A stretch of 64,000 nucleotides of DNA from Brevundimonas sp. SL130. Lineage in GTDB: Bacteria; Pseudomonadota; Alphaproteobacteria; Caulobacterales; Caulobacteraceae. Numbering within the stretch: the first letter of the stretch is position 1; every line of letters begins with the position of its first letter. Position numbers and translations under genes: made by a program. The notes below the pieces were generated by a model. It had not been told where the DNA came from. It saw only the letters and a list, made by a program, of their open reading frames with translations, and searched no databases. The stretch is taken from assembly GCF_026625805.1 (NCBI RefSeq), contig NZ_CP113064.1, positions 2,146,657 to 2,210,656 of the forward strand, in the 5' to 3' direction. Shown here one piece after another: positions 28,898 to 37,165 of the stretch.

Positions 28898-30511
28898 ATG
28901 TTGCGCCTCTCAGAACTCAAACTGCCCCTCGACCACCCGCCGGAGGCCTTGCCCGCTGCGATCGCCGCCCGCCTGGGCGTGCCGCCGCACGATCTTATCT
29001 CCTGGTCGATATGGAAGCGGGCGCACGACGCCCGCCGGAAATCCGCGATTCTGAAAGTCTATATCCTCGACGTCGAGGTGAGGGACGAATCGGCGGTGCT
29101 GGCCCGCCTTGCGGACGACCTGCACGTGGCGCCGACGCCAGACGTCGCCTATCGCCCGGTCGCTGTCGCACCCAAGACCGAGCGCCTTCGGCCGGTCGTG
29201 ATCGGGGCCGGGCCGTGCGGCTTGTTCGCCGGGCTGATCCTGGCCGAGATGGGGTTCAAGCCGATCATCCTCGACCGCGGCAAGGTGGTTCGGCAGCGGA
29301 CCAAGGACACCTGGGGCCTGTGGCGGAGCAGCAAGTTGGACCCGGAATCCAACGTGCAGTTCGGCGAGGGCGGCGCGGGCACCTTCTCCGACGGCAAGCT
29401 CTACAGCCAGATCAAGGATCCGCGTTTCCTGGCCCGCAAGGTGTTGACCGAATTCGTCGCGGCCGGGGCGCCGGAGGAAATCCTCACCGAGGCCCACCCG
29501 CACATCGGCACCTTCCGCCTGGTGACCATGGTCGAGGCCATGCGCGAGAAGATCGAAAACCTGGGCGGCGAATACCGCTTCGAGCACCGGGTCACCGACA
29601 TCGATCTCGACAAGGGCGTCCTCCGGGGCGTGCGCCTGCACACCGGCGAGACGCTGGAAGCCGACCACGTGGTCTTCGCCATCGGCCATTCGTCGCGCGA
29701 CACCTTCCAGACCCTCTACGAGCGCGGCGTCCATATCGAGGCCAAGCCGTTCTCGATCGGCTTCCGCATCGAGCATCCGCAATCCTGGATCGACCGGGCC
29801 ATGTTCGGCCCCTGCGCCGGCCACCCCGATCTGGGCGCGGCGGCCTATACGCTTTCACACCACTGCTCGAACGGCCGCACCGTCTACAGCTTCTGCATGT
29901 GCCCGGGCGGCACCGTAGTCGCGGCCACCAGCGAGCCCGGCCGCGTCGTGACCAACGGCATGAGCCAATATTCGCGCAACGAGCGCAACGCCAACTCCGG
30001 CTTCGTGGTCGGCATCTCGCCCGAGGATTACGGGAGCGACCACCCGCTGGCCGGCATCGAACTGCAACGGGATCTGGAGACCCGCGCCTATGCGGCCGGC
30101 GGCGGCGACTATTTCGCGCCCGGCCAGCTGGTCGGCGACTTCCTGGCGGGCCGCCCCTCGACCACGCTAGGCGAGGTCGTCCCCAGCTATAAGCCGGGCG
30201 TGCGCCCGACCGACCTGGCGCCGCTGATGCCCGACTATGTGATCGCCGCCATGCGCGAGGCCCTGCCCGTCTTCGGCCGCAAGATCGCCCGCTACGACGA
30301 CGCCCAGGCGGTTCTGACGGGCGTCGAAACCCGCAGTTCATCCCCGATCCGAATGACCCGCGGCGCCGACTTCCAGAGCCTGAACGTGCGCGGCCTCTTC
30401 CCTGCCGGCGAAGGCGCCGGCTACGCCGGCGGCATCCTGTCGGCCGCCGTCGACGGCATCAAGGTCGCCGAAGCCGTCGCCCGGTCGATGGTGGCGGAGG
30501 GGACGGCATAG
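28898..30511 (+). CDS. FAD-dependent oxidoreductase, uncharacterised COG2509-type
   Basis: 537 aa from MLRLSELKLPLDH. Dinucleotide-binding motif VIGAGPCGLFAG and a conserved C-terminal domain. Confidence 0.7.
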   Translation: MLRLSELKLPLDHPPEALPAAIAARLGVPPHDLISWSIWKRAHDARRKSAILKVYILDVEVRDESAVLARLADDLHVAPTPDVAYRPVAVAPKTERLRPVVIGAGPCGLFAGLILAEMGFKPIILDRGKVVRQRTKDTWGLWRSSKLDPESNVQFGEGGAGTFSDGKLYSQIKDPRFLARKVLTEFVAAGAPEEILTEAHPHIGTFRLVTMVEAMREKIENLGGEYRFEHRVTDIDLDKGVLRGVRLHTGETLEADHVVFAIGHSSRDTFQTLYERGVHIEAKPFSIGFRIEHPQSWIDRAMFGPCAGHPDLGAAAYTLSHHCSNGRTVYSFCMCPGGTVVAATSEPGRVVTNGMSQYSRNERNANSGFVVGISPEDYGSDHPLAGIELQRDLETRAYAAGGGDYFAPGQLVGDFLAGRPSTTLGEVVPSYKPGVRPTDLAPLMPDYVIAAMREALPVFGRKIARYDDAQAVLTGVETRSSSPIRMTRGADFQSLNVRGLFPAGEGAGYAGGILSAAVDGIKVAEAVARSMVAEGTA

Positions 30512-30796
30512 ACGAAAGGCGGCGCATCGCTGCGATCGTGCGACAATCCGGACCTCGTCAGAGGGCGTGGAGCAGACTTCATCCCCCCAGTCGAGTTTCG
30601 CCGAATGCCGCATCCGGCGGAAGGCATGCCGCCTTGCTCGCCGGTCCAACAGTTACGCTACGCGCCAGATCGGTCATTCACTGTCGGCCCCAAACGCGAC
30701 ATTCAGCGCGCGGCTCGAAAGTCGGGTTTCCGGCCGCTAGCATAAGACGGTTCGCGACCCGTTGCGGCCATTGGTGGCTTAAGGCACAAGCGATGC

Positions 30797-31126
30797 ATGA
30801 ATGACGCAGCCTTCGTTGAGCGCACGTTTGAAAGTGGCGACGACAAGATAACGATCCGCTTTCTGCAGCCTACTTTAGCTCCGGGCGGCGAGTATCAGTG
30901 CCGATGGGCAATCAACTGGCCCAATGGAGTTCGGCAACGCTATTCATGTGGTTTGGACGGTATTCAAGCGCTCATGTTGGCAATGAAGATGGTTCACTCG
31001 GAGCTGGTGGATAGCGACCTCTACAAGTCGGGAAAGCTGACATACGTCGATCAGTATGATTTGGACCTACCACCCGGCTGGGGCGAAGGTCAGTTGTATG
31101 TGCCACCGGAAGAGAACGGCAGCTAA
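30797..31126 (+). CDS. small hypothetical protein (109 aa) directly upstream of the flotillin gene
   Basis: ORF with the lower GC of the islet. It has no TM helix or signal peptide and I recognise no domain. Confidence 0.5.
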   Translation: MNDAAFVERTFESGDDKITIRFLQPTLAPGGEYQCRWAINWPNGVRQRYSCGLDGIQALMLAMKMVHSELVDSDLYKSGKLTYVDQYDLDLPPGWGEGQLYVPPEENGS

Positions 31127-31307
31127 CCACCCCTTGCCGACCTCCAGGGAGTCCGCTCATGGGCTCTCCCACGAAAGTCTGGTTTCGGTGATCCTGCCTA
31201 CGACGCACCCACCCCGCCACCCGCCTAGCCGGCGGCTGAACAGCCTCTCGCAATAGTTGCGCCCCACGGCCTTTATAGACATAGTCCGGCCAGTATCGGG
31301 GGACCAT

Positions 31308-32693
31308 ATGAACATCTACATCATCGCCGGCGGCGTAGCGCTCGGCGTCTTCGTCATTGGATTCCTGATCGCGTTGGTTCTGCGCCGGGTGGTCCCGACC
31401 AACGAAGTTCACATCGTCCAGCGCGGGCGGTCTCGCGTCAGCTACGGCGCCAGTCAGTCGGCCGGAAACGTCTACTACGAGTGGCCGGCCTTCCTGCCCA
31501 GGATCGGCGTCCTGGTGACCAAGTTCCCGGTCTCCATATTTGACGTGAACCTGAAAGACTACGAAGCCTACGACACCGGGCGCCTCCCGTTCCGGGTGGA
31601 CGTCCAGGCGTTCATGCGGATCGCAAAATCGGATACGGCGGCGGAAAAGGTCGCCAATTTCGACGAGCTGCAACATCAGCTGTCCGGCATCCTTCAGGGC
31701 GCCGTCCGGAACGTGCTGGCCACCCACAAGCTCGAAGACATCCTCGAAGCCCGATCAACCCTGGCCGAGGCCTTTACCGCCCAGGTGGACAATCAGCTTC
31801 AGGCGTGGGGCGTCGAGACGGTCAAGAACATCGAGTTCATGGACATCCGCGACAGCGCCAACTCGCAGGTCATCGCCAACATCATGGCGAAGGAGAAATC
31901 CCGCATTGATCGCGAGAGCCGCGAGGCCGTGGCGATGAACAGCCAGTTTGCCCAGACCAAGGAGATCGAGGCCCAACGCATCGTCGAGGTGAACAAGCAG
32001 GATGCTTTGCAGCAGGTCGGAATGCGGACGGCCGAGCAGGAGAAGCAGGTCGGTATCGCCAAGCAGGTCGCCGAACAGCAGGTTCTGGTCGCCCAGAGGG
32101 ACACCACCGAACGTGAAATGGATGTGAAGCTGGTCGCCGATACGCGCTCCGCCGACATCGCCAAGGGGGTCGCGGAAGTTCAGGCCGCGCAGGAGCGCGA
32201 GGTCACGATCATCCGGGCGGAGGGGCAGCGCCAACAGCAGGTCATCGCCGCAGAGGCTGAACGTCAACGGCTGGAGCTGGTCGCGCAAGGAACCCTGGCC
32301 CAGCAGAAGCTCGACGCCGAAGGACTACTGGCGCAGGGCCAGAGCCGCGCCGAAGCCGAGCGGCTCCTGCTTCTGGCGCCGGTCTCGACGCAGATCGAAC
32401 TCGCCAAGGAGATCGGCGGCAACGACGGCTACCAGACCTACTTGGTGCGCGTGGAGCAGATCAAAGCCGGGCAGGCCGTGGGCGTCGCCCAGGCTGAGGC
32501 CCTGAGCGCCGCCGACATCAAGGTGATCGTGACCGGCGGCGACGTGCCCCAGGGTATGAACAGCATCACCGACGTGTTCAGCGCGCGGGGCGGCCAAGCC
32601 CTCGGCGCGATGCTGGAGGGGCTGGCTCAGACCGACGCCGGCAAGGCCGTGGTGGAGCGGGCAACCAAGGGCGCTGCAAAGCTCAAAGAGTAG
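31308..32693 (+). CDS. flotillin-like SPFH/band-7 domain protein (FloT/YqiK family)
   Basis: 461 aa from MNIYIIAGG. An N-terminal TM helix, an SPFH domain and a long EA-rich coiled-coil flotillin tail (AEQEKQVGIAKQVAEQQ...). Confidence 0.8.
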   Translation: MNIYIIAGGVALGVFVIGFLIALVLRRVVPTNEVHIVQRGRSRVSYGASQSAGNVYYEWPAFLPRIGVLVTKFPVSIFDVNLKDYEAYDTGRLPFRVDVQAFMRIAKSDTAAEKVANFDELQHQLSGILQGAVRNVLATHKLEDILEARSTLAEAFTAQVDNQLQAWGVETVKNIEFMDIRDSANSQVIANIMAKEKSRIDRESREAVAMNSQFAQTKEIEAQRIVEVNKQDALQQVGMRTAEQEKQVGIAKQVAEQQVLVAQRDTTEREMDVKLVADTRSADIAKGVAEVQAAQEREVTIIRAEGQRQQQVIAAEAERQRLELVAQGTLAQQKLDAEGLLAQGQSRAEAERLLLLAPVSTQIELAKEIGGNDGYQTYLVRVEQIKAGQAVGVAQAEALSAADIKVIVTGGDVPQGMNSITDVFSARGGQALGAMLEGLAQTDAGKAVVERATKGAAKLKE

Positions 32694-32768
32694 CGTCGTA
32701 CAGGTCCGTCCGGCCGCCGACGGGAATGTCAGTAAGTAGCACCGCTCTCAACGTCGGCTTCCCACCCG

Positions 32769-33206
32769 TTGCGGACATTCAGCGCGACGGGCAGGTTCGG
32801 CGCCTGTGAATGCGCGAGGGGCTTTTCGACCGTGGAACATAAAGAGGTTTTAGCCCGCGCGCCTGGCTCTTTCATATTGGTTGGCGGTAGCGTGGAAGTC
32901 GATGCTCCCCCGTTTGGGGACGGTCCGGCCCGGCTCTGGGCCGATGAGCGTTGCGTCTGCATTGGAACCCTCGCTGAGGTCGATGGGCACGCGCGAGTGA
33001 TTGTCGGATCGAATGTTGATCACGCTAACCTCGCGCTAGCCTTCAGCGGTGAAATCTCCACTCCGGCCCGGCGACTGGTGGTTAGCGACGCTGAACTGAA
33101 CACGCTGATCGAAGTCGCCGTTCCTACCCAACTGACCAGCCTCTCGATCTGGACGAACGACGCCCGCGAACCAACCATGATCGCAATCAACGTCACGGAT
33201 CGTTAG
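32769..33206 (+). CDS. Hypothetical protein. Start uncertain: TTG at 32769, or the GTG 22 codons downstream.
   Basis: ORF in the islet. No recognisable domain. Followed directly by a full copy of the islet repeat. Confidence 0.4.
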   Translation: MRTFSATGRFGACECARGFSTVEHKEVLARAPGSFILVGGSVEVDAPPFGDGPARLWADERCVCIGTLAEVDGHARVIVGSNVDHANLALAFSGEISTPARRLVVSDAELNTLIEVAVPTQLTSLSIWTNDAREPTMIAINVTDR

Positions 33207-33324
33207 GTCCGCTTTCCACCCCTAGCCGCAGTTCGGCGGGTCCGCTTTTGGGCTGTGGTGCCGATGTCCGCTTTCCGCGCTGGTGTCGATGTCGTGGTCC
33301 GACCCATAGCGGACGTTTAGGGGC
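33207..33324. repeat. Islet-specific 118-bp intergenic repeat, full copy 1. Three direct GTCCGCTTT(C/T)C iterons plus a terminal inverted GCGGACGTT.
   Basis: About 90% identical to 34726-34840. Iterons start at 33207, 33240 and 33267, and an inverted GCGGAC at 33309. It begins immediately after a stop codon. Confidence 0.6.
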
Positions 33325-33694
33325 GCGTTTCTGCTTCTCGGAGCATTTGGTCGAAGACTTCCTCGGATAATTTCTTGAGGTCTTCGAACGCCGGAGCGGT
33401 TGATCGTTGATCACCGTTGCCCTCGCCGCTGATCCGGAGGCCTCGATCAGTCTTAGTAATTGTGAAGACGAATGGCGTCGCCGGGTTATCCGGAGCCGAG
33501 ACCACAATCAGCGTCCGCCGGTCATCACATCCGTAGGTCAGCCACTCGGTGCCGCCGAACGAGCGTTGTATCGGCCCACTCATGCATTGCAGCGGTTTCG
33601 CAGCGGGCTTATGATCCTGTTGAACAGGCAAAGTCAGCAGGGCAAATGCAATCACTGGCACGATTATTGGCACGGTTCGGTCCCCCAATTTCAC
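33317..33694 (-). CDS. small secreted hypothetical protein
   Basis: 125 aa. Predicted signal peptide MKLGDRTVPIIVPVIAFALLTLPV. Divergent from the next small secreted ORF. Confidence 0.5.
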   Translation of the reverse strand: MKLGDRTVPIIVPVIAFALLTLPVQQDHKPAAKPLQCMSGPIQRSFGGTEWLTYGCDDRRTLIVVSAPDNPATPFVFTITKTDRGLRISGEGNGDQRSTAPAFEDLKKLSEEVFDQMLREAETRP

Positions 33695-33785
33695 ATTGGA
33701 TCATGTAAAGGCCGATTTCCATCCGCAGTCGAACTTCCGCTTTCGACCCATTGCAGACGTTGGCCGATTGAACTTAGGAGAGCTG

Positions 33786-34178
33786 ATGATCATCGCCACG
33801 ATGTTGTTCGCTTTCTATCAATCGGCACCGCCTGCCGCAGCGCGGCCTGAACCTGCCGTCTGTGAACTATCCGAGCGTGACCTAGCGACAGGATCTCGGC
33901 TTTGGTGCCCTGCCGAGCTCCAGAGACGAGTGCCGCAAAGCCTCATGACGACGATGCCCATCGATGGGATCGGCAAGGGATGGGCGCTGTTGAAATGCGA
34001 CCTCGGCGAAGGTGGCGTAACGACGGCGTGCAGTCTCGTCGATGAGTCGGAACCGGGTTCTTCGTTCGGCGCATGGGCGAAACGCGTTCAGCTCAGAGCG
34101 ACTGCTCAGAGCACCGATGGCAGTTTTCCCCCTGTGGGCGATAGCTACTACGCCTTTGCTCGATGGGAGGTTCGCTAG
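33786..34178 (+). CDS. small secreted hypothetical protein
   Basis: 130 aa from ATG with aggaga 5 nt upstream. Hydrophobic N-terminus MIIATMLFAFYQSAPPAAA followed by a Cys-containing mature part. Confidence 0.5.
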   Translation: MIIATMLFAFYQSAPPAAARPEPAVCELSERDLATGSRLWCPAELQRRVPQSLMTTMPIDGIGKGWALLKCDLGEGGVTTACSLVDESEPGSSFGAWAKRVQLRATAQSTDGSFPPVGDSYYAFARWEVR

Positions 34179-34299
34179 CGTCTGCTTCACTCACCTAGCG
34201 GACGAAGGCATCGACCGCTTTCCAAACTGGCCGTCATTGTCTCTTTGCAGCAGTGACGTCCAAGACCGAAATCGACCCATTGCGGACGTTGAAGCCCCG

Positions 34300-34719
34300 A
34301 TGCCAAATGATCGAATGGAAGCGACCCCTTCGAGCCGGATCATCGACCAACGCGTCCGAAACAGGATTATGGAGGAATTGCTTGGGCTGGCAGAAGGCGA
34401 CGAGAGCGTTCGCCGCATAGGTGCCGGAGAATACTTCGAAGCCTTCTATGACTGGGTTCCGCATCGCGGCGATGGCATCAGACCGAATAGCGCGCTGACG
34501 CAGGATGAAGCCGCTCTTATCCTCAAAGTCAGCATCGCTCTGGACGAGGCATGTGACGCAACGCCTAAAATGGTGTCGACTCAAGAACTTATAGCTACCG
34601 GTTGGCCTGAACGGATTAAGCCACTCGCCCGATCCGCACTGGACCAGATGCTGAAGCGAGGCCGGTTTAGAGAAGAAATCGAAGAAGATGAGCCGTCATC
34701 AACCGCTCTTTGGCCTTGA
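34300..34719 (+). CDS. hypothetical cytoplasmic protein
   Basis: 139 aa from MPNDRMEATP. Acidic, no TM. Followed by repeat copy 2. Confidence 0.45.
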   Translation: MPNDRMEATPSSRIIDQRVRNRIMEELLGLAEGDESVRRIGAGEYFEAFYDWVPHRGDGIRPNSALTQDEAALILKVSIALDEACDATPKMVSTQELIATGWPERIKPLARSALDQMLKRGRFREEIEEDEPSSTALWP

Positions 34720-34725
34720 AGGGAC

Positions 34726-34840
34726 GTCCGCTTCCCACCCCTAGCGGCAGTTCGGCACGTCCGCTTTTGGGCTGTGAGGCCGATGTCCGCTTTCCGCGTT
34801 GGTGTAAATGTCGTGGTCCGACCCAGAGCAGACCATGGAT
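34726..34840. repeat. Islet-specific intergenic repeat, full copy 2
   Basis: GTCCGCTTCCCACCCCTAGCGGCAGTTCGGCACGTCCGCTTTTGGGCTGTGAGGCCGATGTCCGCTTTCCGCGTTGG...GTCCGACCCAGAGCAGAC. About 90% identical to 33207-33324. Confidence 0.6.
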
Positions 34841-34882
34841 AGCCAGCTTGTTTGACAGAACCAGACAAGGCACGGTCCATCC

Positions 34883-35161
34883 ATGACGCTAGCGCGCTAT
34901 CCCCTCGCAGTTCCGGCAGATCGGTTAGTTGCGGACATCGAAGCGCGACTAACTGCCGACCCAGATGGCCGTGTTGGATACGAGTGCCTGTTCATCACGA
35001 CGATATCCACCAGACCAGCGATGGCGTTCGAACTATTCCCGGAAGCGTTGAGGGCTCCAGGCTGGAAAGCGCACGTTGTCGAACAGCTGAGCCGGGCGGA
35101 ACGCGATGCTCGAGACGGCGAGGCGGTCTACTTCGAGCCCTATGGAGAAAATGTCCGCTAA
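34883..35161 (+). CDS. hypothetical protein (92 aa)
   Basis: ORF MTLARYPLAVPADRLVADIEARL... in the islet. A partial repeat copy (GTCCGCTAACC...GTCCGCTTTCCAGCGCG) follows its stop. Confidence 0.45.
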   Translation: MTLARYPLAVPADRLVADIEARLTADPDGRVGYECLFITTISTRPAMAFELFPEALRAPGWKAHVVEQLSRAERDARDGEAVYFEPYGENVR

Positions 35162-35430
35162 CCACCGCGAACAGATGTCCGGTACGTCCGCTTTCCAGCG
35201 CGCCCCTGCTGAATGCAAATGTGAGGAGAGCGGTTCGTATAGATGAACCAAGGACGGCAAACGACGCTTACCGCTCCTAATTTTCCGAAATGACGCTAAT
35301 CATTTCAACGCCCTAACGCGCCCGAACGGCCATCGACCAACCACGCCCCCGAGACTGTGCTAGCCTCGTCGTCCGGTCTTTGACATCGGGCGCGCGCCGC
35401 AGTCCGCCTGCGCCGTCCGCTCCCCATCAA

Positions 35431-35625
35431 CGCCACAGTCGTCGCCCCTGGCGCGTTTGGCGCCTTTGGCACGGTTGTCACCCTGTTTTCGCGCCAAACC
35501 GACCGGCCTCAGCCGATCATAAAGCCGCAGCCGTCGCCCATGGCGCATTTGGCGGTTTGTCACCCTGTTTTTACGACAGGCCTGCCAAAACTCAGCCGAT
35601 CATGCAGCGCCAGCCGTCGAACCCG
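35431..35625. repeat. Tandem duplication of about 2.4 copies, period about 83 bp, of the 3' end of the MBL-fold hydrolase gene. att-like.
   Basis: Units ...TTGTCACCCTGTTTT(C/T)...CTCAGCCGATCAT(A/G)...GCAGCCGTCG(C/A)... The last copy runs into the gene's final 11 codons and its stop. Confidence 0.5.
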
Positions 35626-36386
35626 ACCTCGACATTGGCCGGAACAATCGCCGACAGTTCCTTGTAATCCATGTCGATATGCAGGTTCGTCAGCACGGCC
35701 CGCTCGACATCCGCCGCCGCAATCCACTCCAGCGTCCGGTCCAGATGGGCATGGGTCGGATGGGGGGTGTAGCGCAGGGCGTCGACGATCCAGACCTGGC
35801 AACCCGCCACCGCACGGATCGCCGCCTCGTCCAGGTCCGACACGTCGCTGGAATAGACCATGTCGCCCAGCCGATAGCCGACCGACCGGATCGGCCCGTG
35901 CCCCTGATCGAAGGTCACGACCGGGATCGCGCCCCCCGGCCCCTCCACCGACCAGTCCGTCCCGTGGGGCGGAATGACCTGGGCGTCCAGCAGCGGCGGA
36001 TAGCCGAACTTGCTCTCGAAGATATAGTCGAACCGGTGCGACAGGGACGTCAGGGTCGCCTCATCCATCCAGGCCGGGATCCGCTTGCGCGCCCGCGTCG
36101 CGAAGGTCCGCAGATCGTCGATCCCGTGGGTCTGGTCCGCATGGTCGTGGGTATAGAGGACGGCGTCCACATGCCGGGTCTCGCTGGCCAGCATCTGTTC
36201 GCGCAGGTCCGGCGAGGTGTCGATCAGGATGTTGGTCATCCCCTCCGGCCCGGTCTTCCGCGCCAGCATCGAGCAGCGCGTGCGCCGGTTCCTCGGCTCG
36301 GCCGGGTCGCACACGCCCCAGTCGCCGTCGCCCCGCGGCACCCCGCCCGAGGATCCGCTGCCCAGGATGACGACTTCGAAACTCAT
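35592..36386 (-). CDS. MBL-fold metallo-hydrolase (PhnP-like)
   Basis: 264 aa. Metal-binding HxHxDH motif (YTHDHADQTHGIDD). Confidence 0.75.
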   Translation of the reverse strand: MSFEVVILGSGSSGGVPRGDGDWGVCDPAEPRNRRTRCSMLARKTGPEGMTNILIDTSPDLREQMLASETRHVDAVLYTHDHADQTHGIDDLRTFATRARKRIPAWMDEATLTSLSHRFDYIFESKFGYPPLLDAQVIPPHGTDWSVEGPGGAIPVVTFDQGHGPIRSVGYRLGDMVYSSDVSDLDEAAIRAVAGCQVWIVDALRYTPHPTHAHLDRTLEWIAAADVERAVLTNLHIDMDYKELSAIVPANVEVGFDGWRCMIG

Positions 36387-37165
36387 GCCGATCTCGGTAT
36401 CCGGTCAAAGAGGCCGAAGAAGGCCTCGGTGGTTCTCAGGTCCGCCTCCTCGGCGCTCCAGCCCCGGATCTCGGCCAGCTTGTCCAGCACATGGCTGATA
36501 TAGGCCGGCTCGTTGCGCCGCCCCCGATGCGGGATGGGCGCCAGATAGGGGCAGTCGGTCTCGACGATTATACGCTCGGCCGGCATGTCCCGGATCACCG
36601 CCCGCACATCCTCGGCCGCCTTGAAGGTGGCGATGCCTGAAACCGAGAACCAGGCCCCAAGTTCCGCAGCGATTCCCGCCAGTTCCGCCCCGCTGGTGTA
36701 GCAGTGCATCAGCATCTTGAACGGCCCGGCGGCGTGCTCCTCCTTCAGGATCGCCCCCATGACCTCATCCGCCTCGCGGGTATGGATCACCAGCGGCAGA
36801 CCGGTCTCCCGCGCCGCCGCCACATGCTGTCGGAACACCGCCGCCTGGATCTCGCGCGGGCTGAAGTCATAGTGGAAGTCCAGACCGCACTCGCCGATCC
36901 CCACCACCTTGGGCCGCTGCGCCAGCTCGATCAGGGTCGCCGCCGTCAGATCCGCCGCATCCTTGGCCTCGTGCGGATGGACCCCGACCGTGCACCAGAT
37001 GTCGTCGTTGGCCATGGCGATCCCATGGGTCGCCTCAAAGGTGGTCAGCTTGTCGGAGATCTCGACCATCAGGCCGACCCCGGCCTCGCGCGCCCGGGCG
37101 ATCACGTCGTCCCGGTCCTCGTCGAACTGGGGCGCGTGCAGGTTCACATGACTGTCGATCAGCAT
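36383..37165 (-). CDS. tatD: TatD-family deoxyribonuclease/hydrolase
   Basis: 260 aa from MLIDSHVNLH. TatD signatures (DSHVNL, GECGLDFHY). The start overlaps the holB stop by 1 nt. Confidence 0.8.
   Translation of the reverse strand: MLIDSHVNLHAPQFDEDRDDVIARAREAGVGLMVEISDKLTTFEATHGIAMANDDIWCTVGVHPHEAKDAADLTAATLIELAQRPKVVGIGECGLDFHYDFSPREIQAAVFRQHVAAARETGLPLVIHTREADEVMGAILKEEHAAGPFKMLMHCYTSGAELAGIAAELGAWFSVSGIATFKAAEDVRAVIRDMPAERIIVETDCPYLAPIPHRGRRNEPAYISHVLDKLAEIRGWSAEEADLRTTEAFFGLFDRIPRSA

Noticed and set aside
33207-35203. CRISPR array
   Set aside because: Only two full copies exist, about 1.5 kb apart with protein-coding DNA between them. The sub-repeats are irregularly spaced iterons, not constant-length repeat/spacer units, and there are no cas genes.
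30520-35300. Integron gene-cassette array (attC sites) as explanation for the islet repeats
   Set aside because: The repeats lack the paired RYYYAAC ... GTTRRRY core sites at their ends. The GTT that follows GCGGAC is not matched by an inverse core at the repeat start. One gene is on the opposite strand. No intI/attI is visible in the window.
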